64,000 bases of DNA from Okamejei kenojei (lineage: Eukaryota), in NCBI GenBank assembly GCA_035221665.1, contig CM069137.1:43896001-43960000 (forward strand), in the 5' to 3' direction. Of this stretch, positions 49,001-60,750 are shown one piece after another. Position 1 is the stretch's first letter, and every line of letters starts with the position of its first letter. The notes beneath the pieces are model-generated. The model did not search any database. It was given only the letters and a program-made list of their open reading frames with translations, and was not told the DNA's origin. Both the position numbers and the translations under genes were made by a program.

Positions 49001-50839
49001 TGCAGCTGCTCTTTATCTCTTCTAATTTAAATGTAATCGAGATAACCCATACCATATACCTCATTAGTGCAAGTGCTGATCTTTTCTCAGTATATTGTTC
49101 CTTCAGTGTTCAGTTTAAACAACTTGAACTGATTGATTGTTTAGACAAGTTTTAACTTGCACAGCTTGACCCACTTTAATTAATTTCAAGCACCTGTAAT
49201 ATTGATTAACACTTTGTTAATCACAACAGTTTTCCATGTTCTAGATGTTTTCTATTTTCTTACACTGTGAAAGTGTAAATAATGATATTATTGTATGGTT
49301 TATACCATGAATCTTTACACTAAGGTAATTTTATAATATACATGTACGTTCCCCTTCTTTTTAAAATTTACTTTTGAGTGCAAACCTGAAATCAGTTTTC
49401 CCCTTATACAGGTGAACCAATCCTCCTTAGTTATATTAAGTTTTAACCATCATAATACACCTGTAATCCCCCATAATTGGAGATTTCATGACTTATTTTG
49501 TAACCAGATGTTTGCACCTCTTCAACGTACATCAAGCCTTCTTTTCCCCAATTATATAGGTTAAGATAAGGCTATGTTTGGATAATACCACTTCTGCCTT
49601 TATTTTGATCCATCATCAAATTTTTCATTGGATCATAGTTTTTTCACCGTAAGATAAAAGATCTTTGTCTTTGTTTTGATCCATAATCAAAATTTTTATT
49701 GGATCATAGTTTTCCTTCCCAAAGTTTAAAGATCAGTGGTCTGTTCTTTTGTAATTAATATCTTTGATTTATCATAAGCAGGTATTCTATAATAATCAGG
49801 AGTTTAATATATCCTGATTTGTATTAATCTGCAACCCTATGATGCAGATTCGGTAAATTATATATATTTCTTCCTATTAAGCTCCACAACTAATGGCAAT
49901 TTATTTTTATATTGCAAGTATTACATATTTGCACCATTTTTGAAACTTTGAAATTGTATTTCTTATATCTCATATATTTGAGACATGCATATTTATAAAT
50001 GGATTAACCATTGATATTTAAATAAAACATAAAGTTTTATCGTATTCTTGAAGTTGGTGAGATACCATATAATTAATGTAGGTAGCTAGGTTTTTCCATA
50101 GCCTCACCACTTCCTTTAGATATAGCAAAACTTTTGCTATCTCAGGCAACACCTGGCCTCACTTTTATTTTTATTTTATTTGTGGTGTGCATTCATAATT
50201 CACATCACCACTTGCAGGTCTGTCTTTTGCAGCCCTGATCCACTTGGAATTATATTCAAAGAGACTTCCTCCACCCTATCCAGGGTCAGAGTTTTTATTT
50301 TTCAATTTGGCACATAGCCAATATTTTGTATATTCAAGCCCCTCAGGGTCTTTTTTGGGGAACTTTTGGGTTCCCTAGCTTTTCCCATATATCGCAATTT
50401 TATTAACTTTTTTAAAAATACAGTCTTTCTGACTTTTAAAATATCCTGCCAAAATTGTGGAGCATTTAAACCTTTCTACCGTATTTTAAACGGTACCAGT
50501 ATCGGAACCGGCCCGTAATTAATCTCTCGTCCCGATCGCTGGGTATTCCCCTGGGACGTTCTTTTTAAAACTCCGTTATTTTAACAGAGTATATCTGTTT
50601 AATTTAAACTTTTAGTTAGTTTTTAAAACCTTTAAAATCCTGGTTTCCACCAGGCACGGAGTTTTCTAGTCCTAAATTTTTTTTTCCCAACAGCACTTAC
50701 CTGCCGGTTCCGAACCTACCGCTGTCGAGGAGCTGTCTGTGCAGCTCCTGCTTCTGCCGTCAGCGTCGACGTAATGCCGTTTGCCAGCGCCAGGCGGGTT
50801 CTTCACGTAGTCACTCACGTGACTCCGAAGTAAAATAGT
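46028..50839 (-). mobile_element. DIRS1-like tyrosine-recombinase retrotransposon with intact ITR/ICR termini and decayed ORFs
   Basis: ITR core 46101-46136 is the exact reverse complement of 50774-50809. The ICR (about 46259-46370) is complementary to both termini. Minus-strand remnants: ITTEAS (48636-48653), NNTTAVAYVN..GG (48401-48430), VHLFISK (48209-48229). Confidence 0.88.
47219..47360. other. Assembly gap (N run)
   Basis: 142 N, inside the DIRS element. Confidence 0.99.
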
Positions 50840-50940
50840 GGTGTTTAAGATGCTTTTAGATAGGCACATGGATATGCAAGGAATGGTGGATATGGATTGA
50901 GTGCAGGGTGGAAGGTGTGACACTGTTATGTTCTATATGC
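50840..50940 (+). mobile_element. CR1 3' fragment, right half (split by DIRS)
   Basis: ggtgtttaagatgcttttagataggcacatggatatgcaaggaatgg...gatatgga, typical of a CR1 ORF2 end and 3' UTR. Confidence 0.7.
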
Positions 50941-51150
50941 ACATACCTTCTTTTCCACTTCTTCCTGTCTGCTCACATCTTCAAAATGGACCCCAATTTG
51001 TGCGTTTTCAGAATGATTCTGCAACAATACAGTAGGTGGCAGTTTCTACAACGTACAGAATTCCATTGACATTGCAGATCAATTCCTTCAGTAATTCTGC
51101 AACGAGGCGAGTCCCATTTGACGCATAGCTTGCTGAACCCTTCCTATCTA

Positions 51151-52434
51151 TCTATATACTTTTAAAACTGTGTGTCGGCGGTGGTTGTTTGTGGGTGTAT
51201 ATCACATTCCAATTTTTTTCAGATAAGAATTTTGGCCTTTGATTCCATGGTCCGTCAAAACCAGATGCGGAAAAGTCGCGATTTTTTCCATTTCGCTAGC
51301 GATTTCGCTTTTTCATTCACGGATTCACTCCTCATTACATTTAGACATTTTTATGTACACATTTCTTTAATAAAATCATCCTTCCCCCCACACTCACTCA
51401 TTTTAAAATTGAAACGGGACCTCTCTCCCCCTCTCTCCCCTCCACCCCCTCTCCTTCTGTCTCTTGCCCTTCTGTTATTATTAATTAGATCCTTTTACCC
51501 CATAACCGCCCTAGCCACTGATGCATAGCCCCCAACTCGCAGGCGTGTTTAGAGAGGGAGGGGGGTAGAGAGTGGGGGCAGAGAGAGAATGGGGAGAGAC
51601 AGTGAGAGAGGCAGAGACAGAAGGGAAAGAGACGGGGGGGGGGTTGGAGGAGAGGGAGGGTGGTGGAAGGGGGGGAGGTTGGAGAGAGAGATGGGAGAGA
51701 GGGGGGAAAGGGGGCTGAGGGGGGGAAGGGAAGGGGGAGATGGGGTGAGAAGGGATCTCCAGGCTCTCCTCCTCCCCCCCCGGGAGCCCCAACATTTTCC
51801 ATATTTCGCTGGCGATTTACACTATTTACACTTCCCCCCCCCCCCCACCCCCCCGGAACCCAACATTTTCCATATTTTGCTGCCGATTTTACTTCCCCCC
51901 CACCCCTGCCCGGCTCTATCAAGCTGCCTCAAGCCAAAGATCGGCTGTTCCTGTGGACAGCGAAAAGTAGCGAGGGAACAGCCGATCTTTGCCTTCTGCC
52001 AGCGTGAAAGAGCCGGCGCGTTAACGGCCTGTCGGCCCGCTGGCGCATTGAGGGCGTACGCAGCGTCACGACCGCCGTACGCAGCGTCTCAACATTGTAC
52101 GCCGTCGTATTCTATGTTACTATGTACGACGTTGAAACACTGCGTACGACTTCGAGACGCTGCGAACGCCCATCTTGACGGTGGAAGCCTGGCCCGCAGC
52201 CTCACTCAGCATCGCACACGCCCACTCCACCCTCCCTCCCTCCCTCTCCCTCCTCCCCTCCCTCCCTCTCCCCCGCCCTCCCTCTCCCTCCCCCCCCCCC
52301 CCCTCCCTCTCTCCCCCCCTCAACCAAGGGAAGGGGAGATGGGGTGAGAAGGGATCTCCAGGCTCTCCTCCTCCTCCTCTCCCCCCGGGCCCCAACATTT
52401 TCCATATTTCGCTGGCGATTTACACTCCCTCACG

Positions 52435-52467
<33 letters not shown>

Positions 52468-53099
52468 GACCCAACACTTTCCATATTTTGCTGCCGATTT
52501 TACTTTCTTCCCCCTCCCCGGCCCGGCTCTATCACACTGCTTCAAGCCAAAGATCGGCTGTTCCTGTGGACGGCGAAAAACAGCGAGGGAACAGCCGATC
52601 TTTGCCTTCTGCCAGCGTGAAAGAGCCGGCGCGTCAACGGCCCGTCAGCCTGCAGGCGCATTGAGGCATACGCTGCGTCACGACAGCCGTACACAACGTC
52701 ATGACGGCCGTACGCAGCATCATGACGGCCGTACGCAGCGTCTCGACGTCGTACGCCGTCATATTCTGTGTTTCTATGTACGACGTTGAGACGCTGCGTA
52801 CGACGTCGAGACGCTGCGTACACCCATCTTGACGGTGGACGCCTGGCCCGCAGCCTCATTCAGCATCGCACACGCCCACTCCAACCTCCCCCTTTCCCCA
52901 CCCTCCCTCCCCTCCTCCCCCCTTTCCCCCCCTCCATCCCTCCTCCCCCACTCCCTCCCTCTCCCCCCTCCCTCCTCTCCCCTCCCTCCTCTCCCCTCCC
53001 TCCCCTCCCCCGCCATCCCTCTCCCCCCCCCCTCCCTCCCTCTCCCCCCCTCAACCTCACGTGCGGGGATCAGACTCAACGGGTCTGGACTTGGTCTAG
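51151..53099 (+). mobile_element. Complete non-autonomous Helitron (about 1.95 kb)
   Basis: A|TCTATATACTTTTAAAAC 5' end. Subterminal hairpin cagactc-aac-gggtctg at 53071-53087, then CTAG|T at 53096-53100. No TSD. Internal tandem duplication of about 600 bp. Confidence 0.8.
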
Positions 53100-53707
53100 T
53101 ATACTTATAAAACTCTGATCGTGTGTATGTGATCATACTGCTTGAAAAAAACTACGCTCTCATGGTAAAAAAATGTACATATTCCTGTAGAGATTTATCC
53201 CGTGGTCAAAATTCGCCTTATCTGAAAAATTCATGCATTATTTCTCCAGTTATTAATCAAAATTTTCAAGATTTTCAAATAACAGAAATTCTGCTGGCTT
53301 TGGCTGATGACATGATGACGTCACAATGGCTGCACGTAGTGTTCACGGCTGTGAGTGTCGTCGTCTCACAGCCCGCCCGCTTCTCGCAGCCCGCTCGCTG
53401 TTCCGACTGCGGCACATGCTGCGACTGAAGAAGGAGCAAGTCGGGCCTTGTACTAGCTCTCTCTCTCGCTCTCGCTCCCTCGCGCTCCCCCTCTCTCTCT
53501 CTCGCTCCCCCTCTGTCTCTCTCTCGCTCCCCCACTCTCTCGCTCCCCTACTCTCTCTCTCTCTCGCTCCCCCATTCTCTCTCTCGCTCTCCCCCTCTCT
53601 CTCTCTCGCTCCCCCTCACTCTCTCGCTCCCTCTCTCACCCCCGGGCTCTCTCTCCCCCCCCCAGGCGCTCTCTCTCTCCCCCTCCCTGGGCTCTCTTCT
53701 CTTCTCT

Positions 53708-53739
<32 letters not shown>

Positions 53740-53740
53740 A
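53100..53740 (+). mobile_element. Helitron-like element whose head (TCTA at 51147-51150 plus TATACTTATAAAACTCTGATC) was split by the preceding Helitron
   Basis: Head aaaactctgatcgtg is shared with 54830. (CT)/(CTCG)-rich tail. 3' end is lost at the poly-C/Penelope junction. Confidence 0.6.
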
Positions 53741-54660
53741 GGCTCTGGGATCACGTGATCCCACCACTTGCCACATTTTCCCATCTCATCCCCTGACCCA
53801 TCCCGCTCCCTCCGTAACTCCCTGGTCAATTCATCCCTTCCCACCCCCTCTCCGAACACTTTCCCTTGCAACCACAAGAAATGCTACACTTGTCGCTTTA
53901 CCTCCCCCCTTGACCATTCAAGGACCCAAGCAGTCATTCCAGGTGCGGCAGAGGTTTACCTCCACCTCCTCCAACCTCATCTATTGCAACTGCTGCTCTA
54001 GATGTCAACTGTTCTACATCGATGAGACCAAGCGTAGGCTTGGCGATTGCTTCGCCGAACACCTCCACTCGGTGGCTCAGCATTTCAAGTCCCCCTCCCA
54101 TTCCGAATACGACCTTTCTGTCCTGGGCCTGGTCCATTGCCAGAGTGAGGACCACTGTAAATTGGAGGAGCAGCATTTCATATTTCACTTGGGCAATTTG
54201 CACCGCAGCGGTTTGGACACTGACTTCTCTAATTTCAGGTGGTCCTTACTTTCTCCTCCCCTTCTCAGCTCTCCCTCAGCCCTCTGGCTCCACCTCTTCC
54301 TTTCTTCCTCCCGCCCCCACCCTCACATCAGTCTGAAAAAGGGTTTCAACCCGAAACGTTGCCTATTTCCTTCGCTCCATAGGTGCTGCCTCACCAGCTG
54401 ATTTTCTCTAGCATTTTTGCTACCTTCGATTTTCCAGCATCTGCAGTTCCTTCTTAAACAAACAGCTAACAATGGCCTGTTTCCTTTATCATCATTACTT
54501 TTTGCGTATCTTTCATTCATTGTTCTTTATCGCTCTACATAATTGTCTATATCTCTCGTTTTCCTTATCTGAAGAGTCTCGACCCGAAACATCACCCATT
54601 CTTTCTCTCTAGAGATACAGCCTGTACGCTGAGTTACTCCTGCTTTTTGTGTCTATCTTA
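53741..54660 (+). mobile_element. Penelope-like element 3' part with two degenerate hammerhead units
   Basis: CNHKKCYTC...RFTSTSSNLIYC...YIDETKRRLGD...LEEQHFIFHLG. ctgaaaaagggtttcaacccgaaacgtt at about 54333 and ctgaagagtctcgacccgaaacatc at about 54569. Confidence 0.88.
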
Positions 54661-54829
54661 AGAAATTTCACTATCCTGTTCTGATTTCATTTCTGGATTC
54701 ATTAATATCTAGAATAGTCTATGCCTTCAGGGGTTAAAACATAAAGTATTAAGAAACTGAGAAATAGTATATCGTATTATATTTATGGTGTCTGTTACAT
54801 TCATGGATAGATGAATATATCTAAAAGAA

Positions 54830-55633
54830 TCCATACATACAAAAACTCTGATCGTGTTATCTTCTGGTTTGGCGGTCTTTCTATTTGCGCAAAAAAGGTT
54901 CATAATAGCACTACGATTTTCGCCAGTTCACTCACTGTTTTCCTGCGAGTGCAGGAAATTTCGTTCCGATCGGTTGAATGTCGTAAACGTTAGCGAGGTT
55001 TAAAAATCTTTAAAAGCGCGCATGCGCAGAACGATCTCTTCTGCCAGTCAGCGCTATGCGGATTCATCTTCCCCGTCACTCCCCGGGACGGTCCGCCCCT
55101 TCCTGCGCCATCGCGTCTTCATTGGAGCTGAGGATGGCTGGCGGAGGTTTCCAACCGGACACAATTTTCGGAGGGACCCGAAGCGACCCGACCCCAAGCA
55201 GCCCAGCCCCAAGCAGCCCAGCGTCGGAGAACCCGACCCAGCCCAGCGTGGGAGACCATAGCCCAGCCAAGCCCAGAGTCAGAGACCCAGCCCAGCCCAA
55301 TTGTAAGGTTCGCAGATGTCACCAAACGGAAAGCAGAGACTTTGATCCTGGCGGAGGAGAACGACCAGCGCCCGCTGTGAGTCTCCATCGCGCACCGGCA
55401 ATTCCAGCCACCACACCTCTGGTCCCCCTCGCTGGTTCCTCCCCCTTCCCCGTGATGCGCACTCTCCCCCATGGCCCTTCCCCGTCTTTCCGCCGAGCTC
55501 ACTCACCCCTGCCCACACATCCCTCTCCCCGTACACACCCACCCCTGCCCACATACCCCTCCCCCCACAAGCCCCCCCACTCCCACAAACCGCCCCCACA
55601 ACCCCCTCCATCCCCACAACTCGCCGCCCCCAT
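54830..55633 (+). mobile_element. Helitron-like non-autonomous element, 3'-truncated
   Basis: A|TCCATACATACAAAAACTCTGATCGTG head. Collinear, as reverse complement, with 36970-37985. Confidence 0.65.
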
Positions 55634-57100
55634 TTGATTAATGATTATCCATTGAGAGGATAAAACTTTTTCTTTGTTTTACGATAATTGAAGTTTGAAG
55701 CTCTTAATAGTAATATGCAATTGTGATCAATTCGACATATTAGCAACTCGGGAAAGAAAAGCAGACTGAGCTAGTGAAATTTATGAGGGTTTGGAATAAT
55801 CTAACAACATTGGCGTTGCATTTATTGATATTGTAATATTGTTTTTTACGTAACCGTAAAATAATGTTACATTATTTTTTTATCGTGTCATAATGGCTCT
55901 TTGCTATACAGCTTTGGGAGGCTTGATAGAATGACAATGAAGTGTATAAAATCAGAATAGTATTTTGTGTTAATGTTATACTTAATAGGATTGTCCCTAA
56001 TGCGTAGATGATAAGATTTAAATTATATGTGAGCAGTTCTGATCGTGCAGTATGTTTAGTGCATATTTTAGTGAAGTACAATATTTCAAATAGGTAATAG
56101 CAATTAGATGCATTGACAAAAATGAATGAAAGCAGCCCAGTTGTAAGATGAAAAATTAGAGGCGTTTTGTATAGGTCACCACTGTTTAAGAACAACAAAG
56201 CTTCTACCATTGAAATTAGCTGAAATTCAAAGGAAGCTGAAACTGTTTGAGTGGGCTGGCACTAAGAAGCCTGTAATTTGTGTAGCTGCTTTGTTGAGCT
56301 TAACATTAAATGTTCTGATTCTCGAGATGAAGAGGTGATCTTTGTCATCTGCCCACACACACTTCCTGTTAAACAGCAGACCAATCTCTCCCGCTCTGAC
56401 TGCACATTCATTGTCTAGCACCCACGCACAATCAAATGGAATATTCTTACAACTTGCCATTAAAACCTGAATACATACTGAACTCAAGGGCCTTGCAATT
56501 GACATGTAATTCATGATGGGAAACAAGAGGCTTCCTGAGCAAGCACTTGAGAGAAAGTGCACAGTTTCTGAAGGCCCAGGATTACAACCATTTTCATTTT
56601 GTTGTTCAGATGATGATGTAAAGAAGTAATAAGTATGCCAAATATATTCTTAATGTTGCTTAGTTTTGCAGAAGTGTGTTCAGAATTATTTGATGTTTCA
56701 TTTTTGTTGATTTAGTGATAAGATTTTTGGTCAACCCTAACCATTAAGACTATTTTTGCTAACAAGAGGTCTTGTATAGAAATTAAATATCTCTAAATTA
56801 ATTGATTATGCACAAATTGTAAGGTTCCATCCATTGTTGTCGTTAAAAGTCAAAATAGGGCTGTTTTTAATCAGAAATATAAATGTTGACGAATTTCAAA
56901 AGGTGATGATGCTACAGGTTTTTTAAGACATTTACAAAATTCATTTGCTTTTATGATGGATGTCATTTTGAATTTGTTGTTGAGTGATGAACTTGACAAT
57001 ATTAACATCTGAATGCAAGGTGATATAGTTACCAGAATGATGCTATTTAAATGAAACCATTCATTGACAGTTTTGCCAAAGTTCCGTTTTTTAGAAATAC

Positions 57101-57248
57101 ATGGAACTGCAGATGTTGATTTACAAATAAAGATACAAAGTGCTGGACTAACTCAGCAGGTCAGGTAATGTCTCCAGAGAACATGGATGGGTGAAGTTTC
57201 TCCAGAGATGCTGCCTGACCGTTAAGTACTCCAGTGCTTTGTGTCTAT
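57101..57248. mobile_element. Fold-back Penelope pseudo-LTR-derived short element
   Basis: acaaagtgctggactaactcagcaggtcagg pairs imperfectly with cctgaccgttaagtactccagtgctttgt. Confidence 0.6.
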
Positions 57249-59116
57249 ATTTCACGGTTTTCAACAGCTTTCCTGTATAAATTTATTTTATTCGCTGATG
57301 TACTTACACAGGATATCATATGGATAATGAATGTAGTACTGTAATAACAAATAAGTTTTGAGCATGAAAATAGACAATACAAACTTAAATATTCCCTTTA
57401 CATGCTGTATTTTTGAGCAATGCTATTTTTTTTCCCAAAAGTGATTTTATTTTCCCCCTTTGTCTGATGGAATAACTTACAGTGCTGGTATCACACCCAG
57501 CACAGTGCCAACTTTCTGCAATCTTTCTTATCAGATAGCAGAGACAAAATATTGTAGCTTTAACTAAATCATTGCAGAGATATATTTATGTAGTACCTAA
57601 TGAACCATGATTACTACATATTTGAATTCTTTGGGCTCTAATTTAGAAAGAGGATAGTCATTTTCTTTGCTCAGCATTTTTTTTTAAATAAACTAAAAAA
57701 CTAAAAACCACTTGCAAGTGGTCCATTTATAGTTGTTAACATTTGGATTCAAGCATATTTTTCAAACTGATCCAGATTATAGAAATCAGCCAAGTTGTGT
57801 CAAACTACCAAAGCTTTTGTAATATGTCACATAATTACTAATAAATGTTCTTACCTTACTGCACGTATGGTTTATTTTCTGTTTGCATTAAGTATCTACA
57901 ATTGCAGCTGAACTAGCTTCTATTTTCTATTCTACGGTGTGATGAAAGAAAATATTGCAATTTGTACATTACCTTTATCTTTGTGATCCAAATTATGTAG
58001 GCTGTGTTGTAGTGGAAATGGACTGAAACATGTATTTATCATATATTGTGTCATTGCCTGGGACAGTTGATTTCACCTAATAACAAATGTAATTTGTGTG
58101 CCAGAATGATTATTGCGTCTTGTAGACTATTCTTAGTAGCATCTTGCTATATATAACAATAAGACTATATTTCCTCATTCTAACTCACTTCTCCATACCC
58201 AGTCCCAACAAATCCAGATGAGGCATCTCCTCACCATCAACGCTCCTTAGACTTTGTAAATGTCAATAGGATTGTCTCTCACTTTTCAAAACACTTGAGA
58301 GTTTAGGCTCAATCTGCCTGATCTTTCCTTATACAGTCACCCTTCTTGCATAGAAGAAATCCAGAGACCCTTCCCAACACTGACTCCAATAAGTGGACAA
58401 AACCACATGTAGCACGCATGTTGGGTTCTCATCAAATTTCAATAAGTTCCTGATCTGATTTCCTTCTATTTAGACTCCACCTTGAAATAAAGGTCAACCC
58501 ATTCACTCTAATTAATTTCTATACATATATGCTAACTTTGTATTTCTTCTGTGCGAAGAAGAGTCTGGCATCTTATCTGTTCTTCTAAAGCAGGCAACCA
58601 CACATTCCTTCATATTCTACTTGTCTTATTTAAACTGTTTATAGTGAAACTCTGATAATCCAGAAGGCTCAGGGCTTTGGACTGACAGATTTTTCTGTCT
58701 ACTGGATGTTATTCCTACTAATACACCAATACATATTTAATTCACTTTTTTCAGTTGTGAAATACAACTATTATACATTTTCCAATGAACTCCATAGGTA
58801 TAAAGGGAGTACAGGAAACAGTGCCCCTGTGAGTTGGAATGGAGCATTGCATATTGCATCCTGTGAGCCACATGTTAAACCCCTGGGATTTCTCAGTAGA
58901 TAGACAGTAGATTTTCTTTTATGTCACCACTTTATATCCTTCTCATACATCCATTTATTTATTGTATTATCCCTAACTTTGATATAATACACTGGCCCTT
59001 CATTTAAATCATTAATATAGATTGAAAACAGCTGCACCTCAAACATCAATCCTTTTGGCATCCCAACCGTTACAGTTTGCCAACCTGAAAAGGACTGCTT
59101 TATATGAGGCCTTCTC

Positions 59117-60470
59117 AATAGACAATAGACAGTAGGTGCAGGAGTAGGCCTTTCGGCCCTTCGAGCCAGCACCACCATTCACTGTGATCATGGCTGATCA
59201 TCCCCGTTCCTGCCTTCTTCTCATATCACTTGACTCCACTATCTTTAAGATAAACTCCCTCTTGAAAGCATCCAGAGATTTGGCCTCTACTGCCCTCTGA
59301 GGCAGTGAATTCCATAGATTTACAACCTTCTGGGTGAAAAAGATTTTTCTCATCACCGTTCTAAATGGCCTATCCCTTATTCTTAAATTGTGGCCTCTGG
59401 TTCTGGACTCCCCCAACATCGTGAACATGTTTCCTACCTCTAGTGTGTCCAATCCCTTAATAATCTTATATGTTTCAATAAGATCCCCTCTCATCCTTAT
59501 AAATGCCAGTGTATACAAGCCCAGTCACACCATTCTTTAAAAATATGACAGTCCCGCCATCCTGGGAATTAACCTCGTGAACCTCCACTGCACTCCCTCA
59601 ATAGCAAGAATGTCATTCCTCAAATTTGGAGACTAAAACTGCATACAATACTCCAGTTGTGGTCTCACTAGGGCCCTGTACAACTACAGAAGGACCACTT
59701 TGCTCCTCTCAACTCCTCTTGTTATGAAGGCCAACATGTCATTAGCTTTCTTCACTGCCTGCTGTACCTGCATACTTACTTTCGGTGCCTGATGAACAAG
59801 GATACCCAGATCTCGTTGTACCTCCCCTTTTCCTAAATTGACACCATTCAGATAATAATCTGCCTTCCTGTTCTTGCCTCCAACGTGGATAACCTCACAT
59901 TTATCCATATTAAACTGCAACTGCCATGCATCTGCCCACTCACCCAATCTGTCCAAGTCCCCCTGCATCCTCATTGCATCCTCCTCACAGTTCACAACCA
60001 CCCAACTTTGTGTCACCTGCAAATTTACTAATGTTACTTTTAATCCCTTCATCTAAATCATCAATGTACATTGTAAATAGCTGCGGTCCCAGAACCGAGC
60101 CCTGCGGTACCCCACGAGTCACTGCATGCCATTCTGAATGGGACCCATTAATCCCTACTCTTTGTTTTCCTGTCTGCCCACCAATTTTCTATCCATGTCA
60201 GTACCCTACCCCCAATACCATGTGCTCTCATTTTGCCCACTAATCTCCTATGTGGGACCTTATCAAAGGCTTTCTGAAAGTCCAGGTATACACTACATCC
60301 ACTGGCTCTCCTGTGTCCATTTTTCTTGTTACATCCTCAAAAAATTACAGAAGATTAGTCAAGCATGATTTTCCCTTCGTAAATCCATGCTGACTCAGAC
60401 CGATCCTGCTACTGTGCCGCTATTTCGTCTTTTACAATTGACTCCCAGCATCTTCCCCACCACCGATGTT
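59117..60470 (-). mobile_element. CR1 LINE 3' fragment (same subfamily as 13300-20740)
   Basis: (atagaca)n tail on +. ORFs with RMRGDLIETYKIIKG, QGDLDRLGEWADAWQ, KCEVIH. Confidence 0.9.
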
Positions 60471-60750
60471 CTCCTTGTTTGAAGCACTTTTCTTCCAAAA
60501 GCATTTGGAAATACAAAAAAAATGTATCCAGGTTATAACAAAGGATTATCATTCTCTACTATGGGAACTATATATCTAATAAAATGTTACTAAATTTGTC
60601 AAATATGTTTTTTCTTTCATTAACTATGTTGACTTTGCTTCAGGGTTTCTAAATGTCTTAATACTGCTTCCATCGTGATGGTCTGACTTGTATTTCCCTG
60701 CTTGCTGTCTCTTTTCTGCCTTGAATAGTAGTTATATTTCCATGGACCTA

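Noticed and set aside
52680-52760. CRISPR-like repeat array
   Set aside because: Contiguous degenerate tandem units without unique spacers, in a vertebrate intron with no cas genes.
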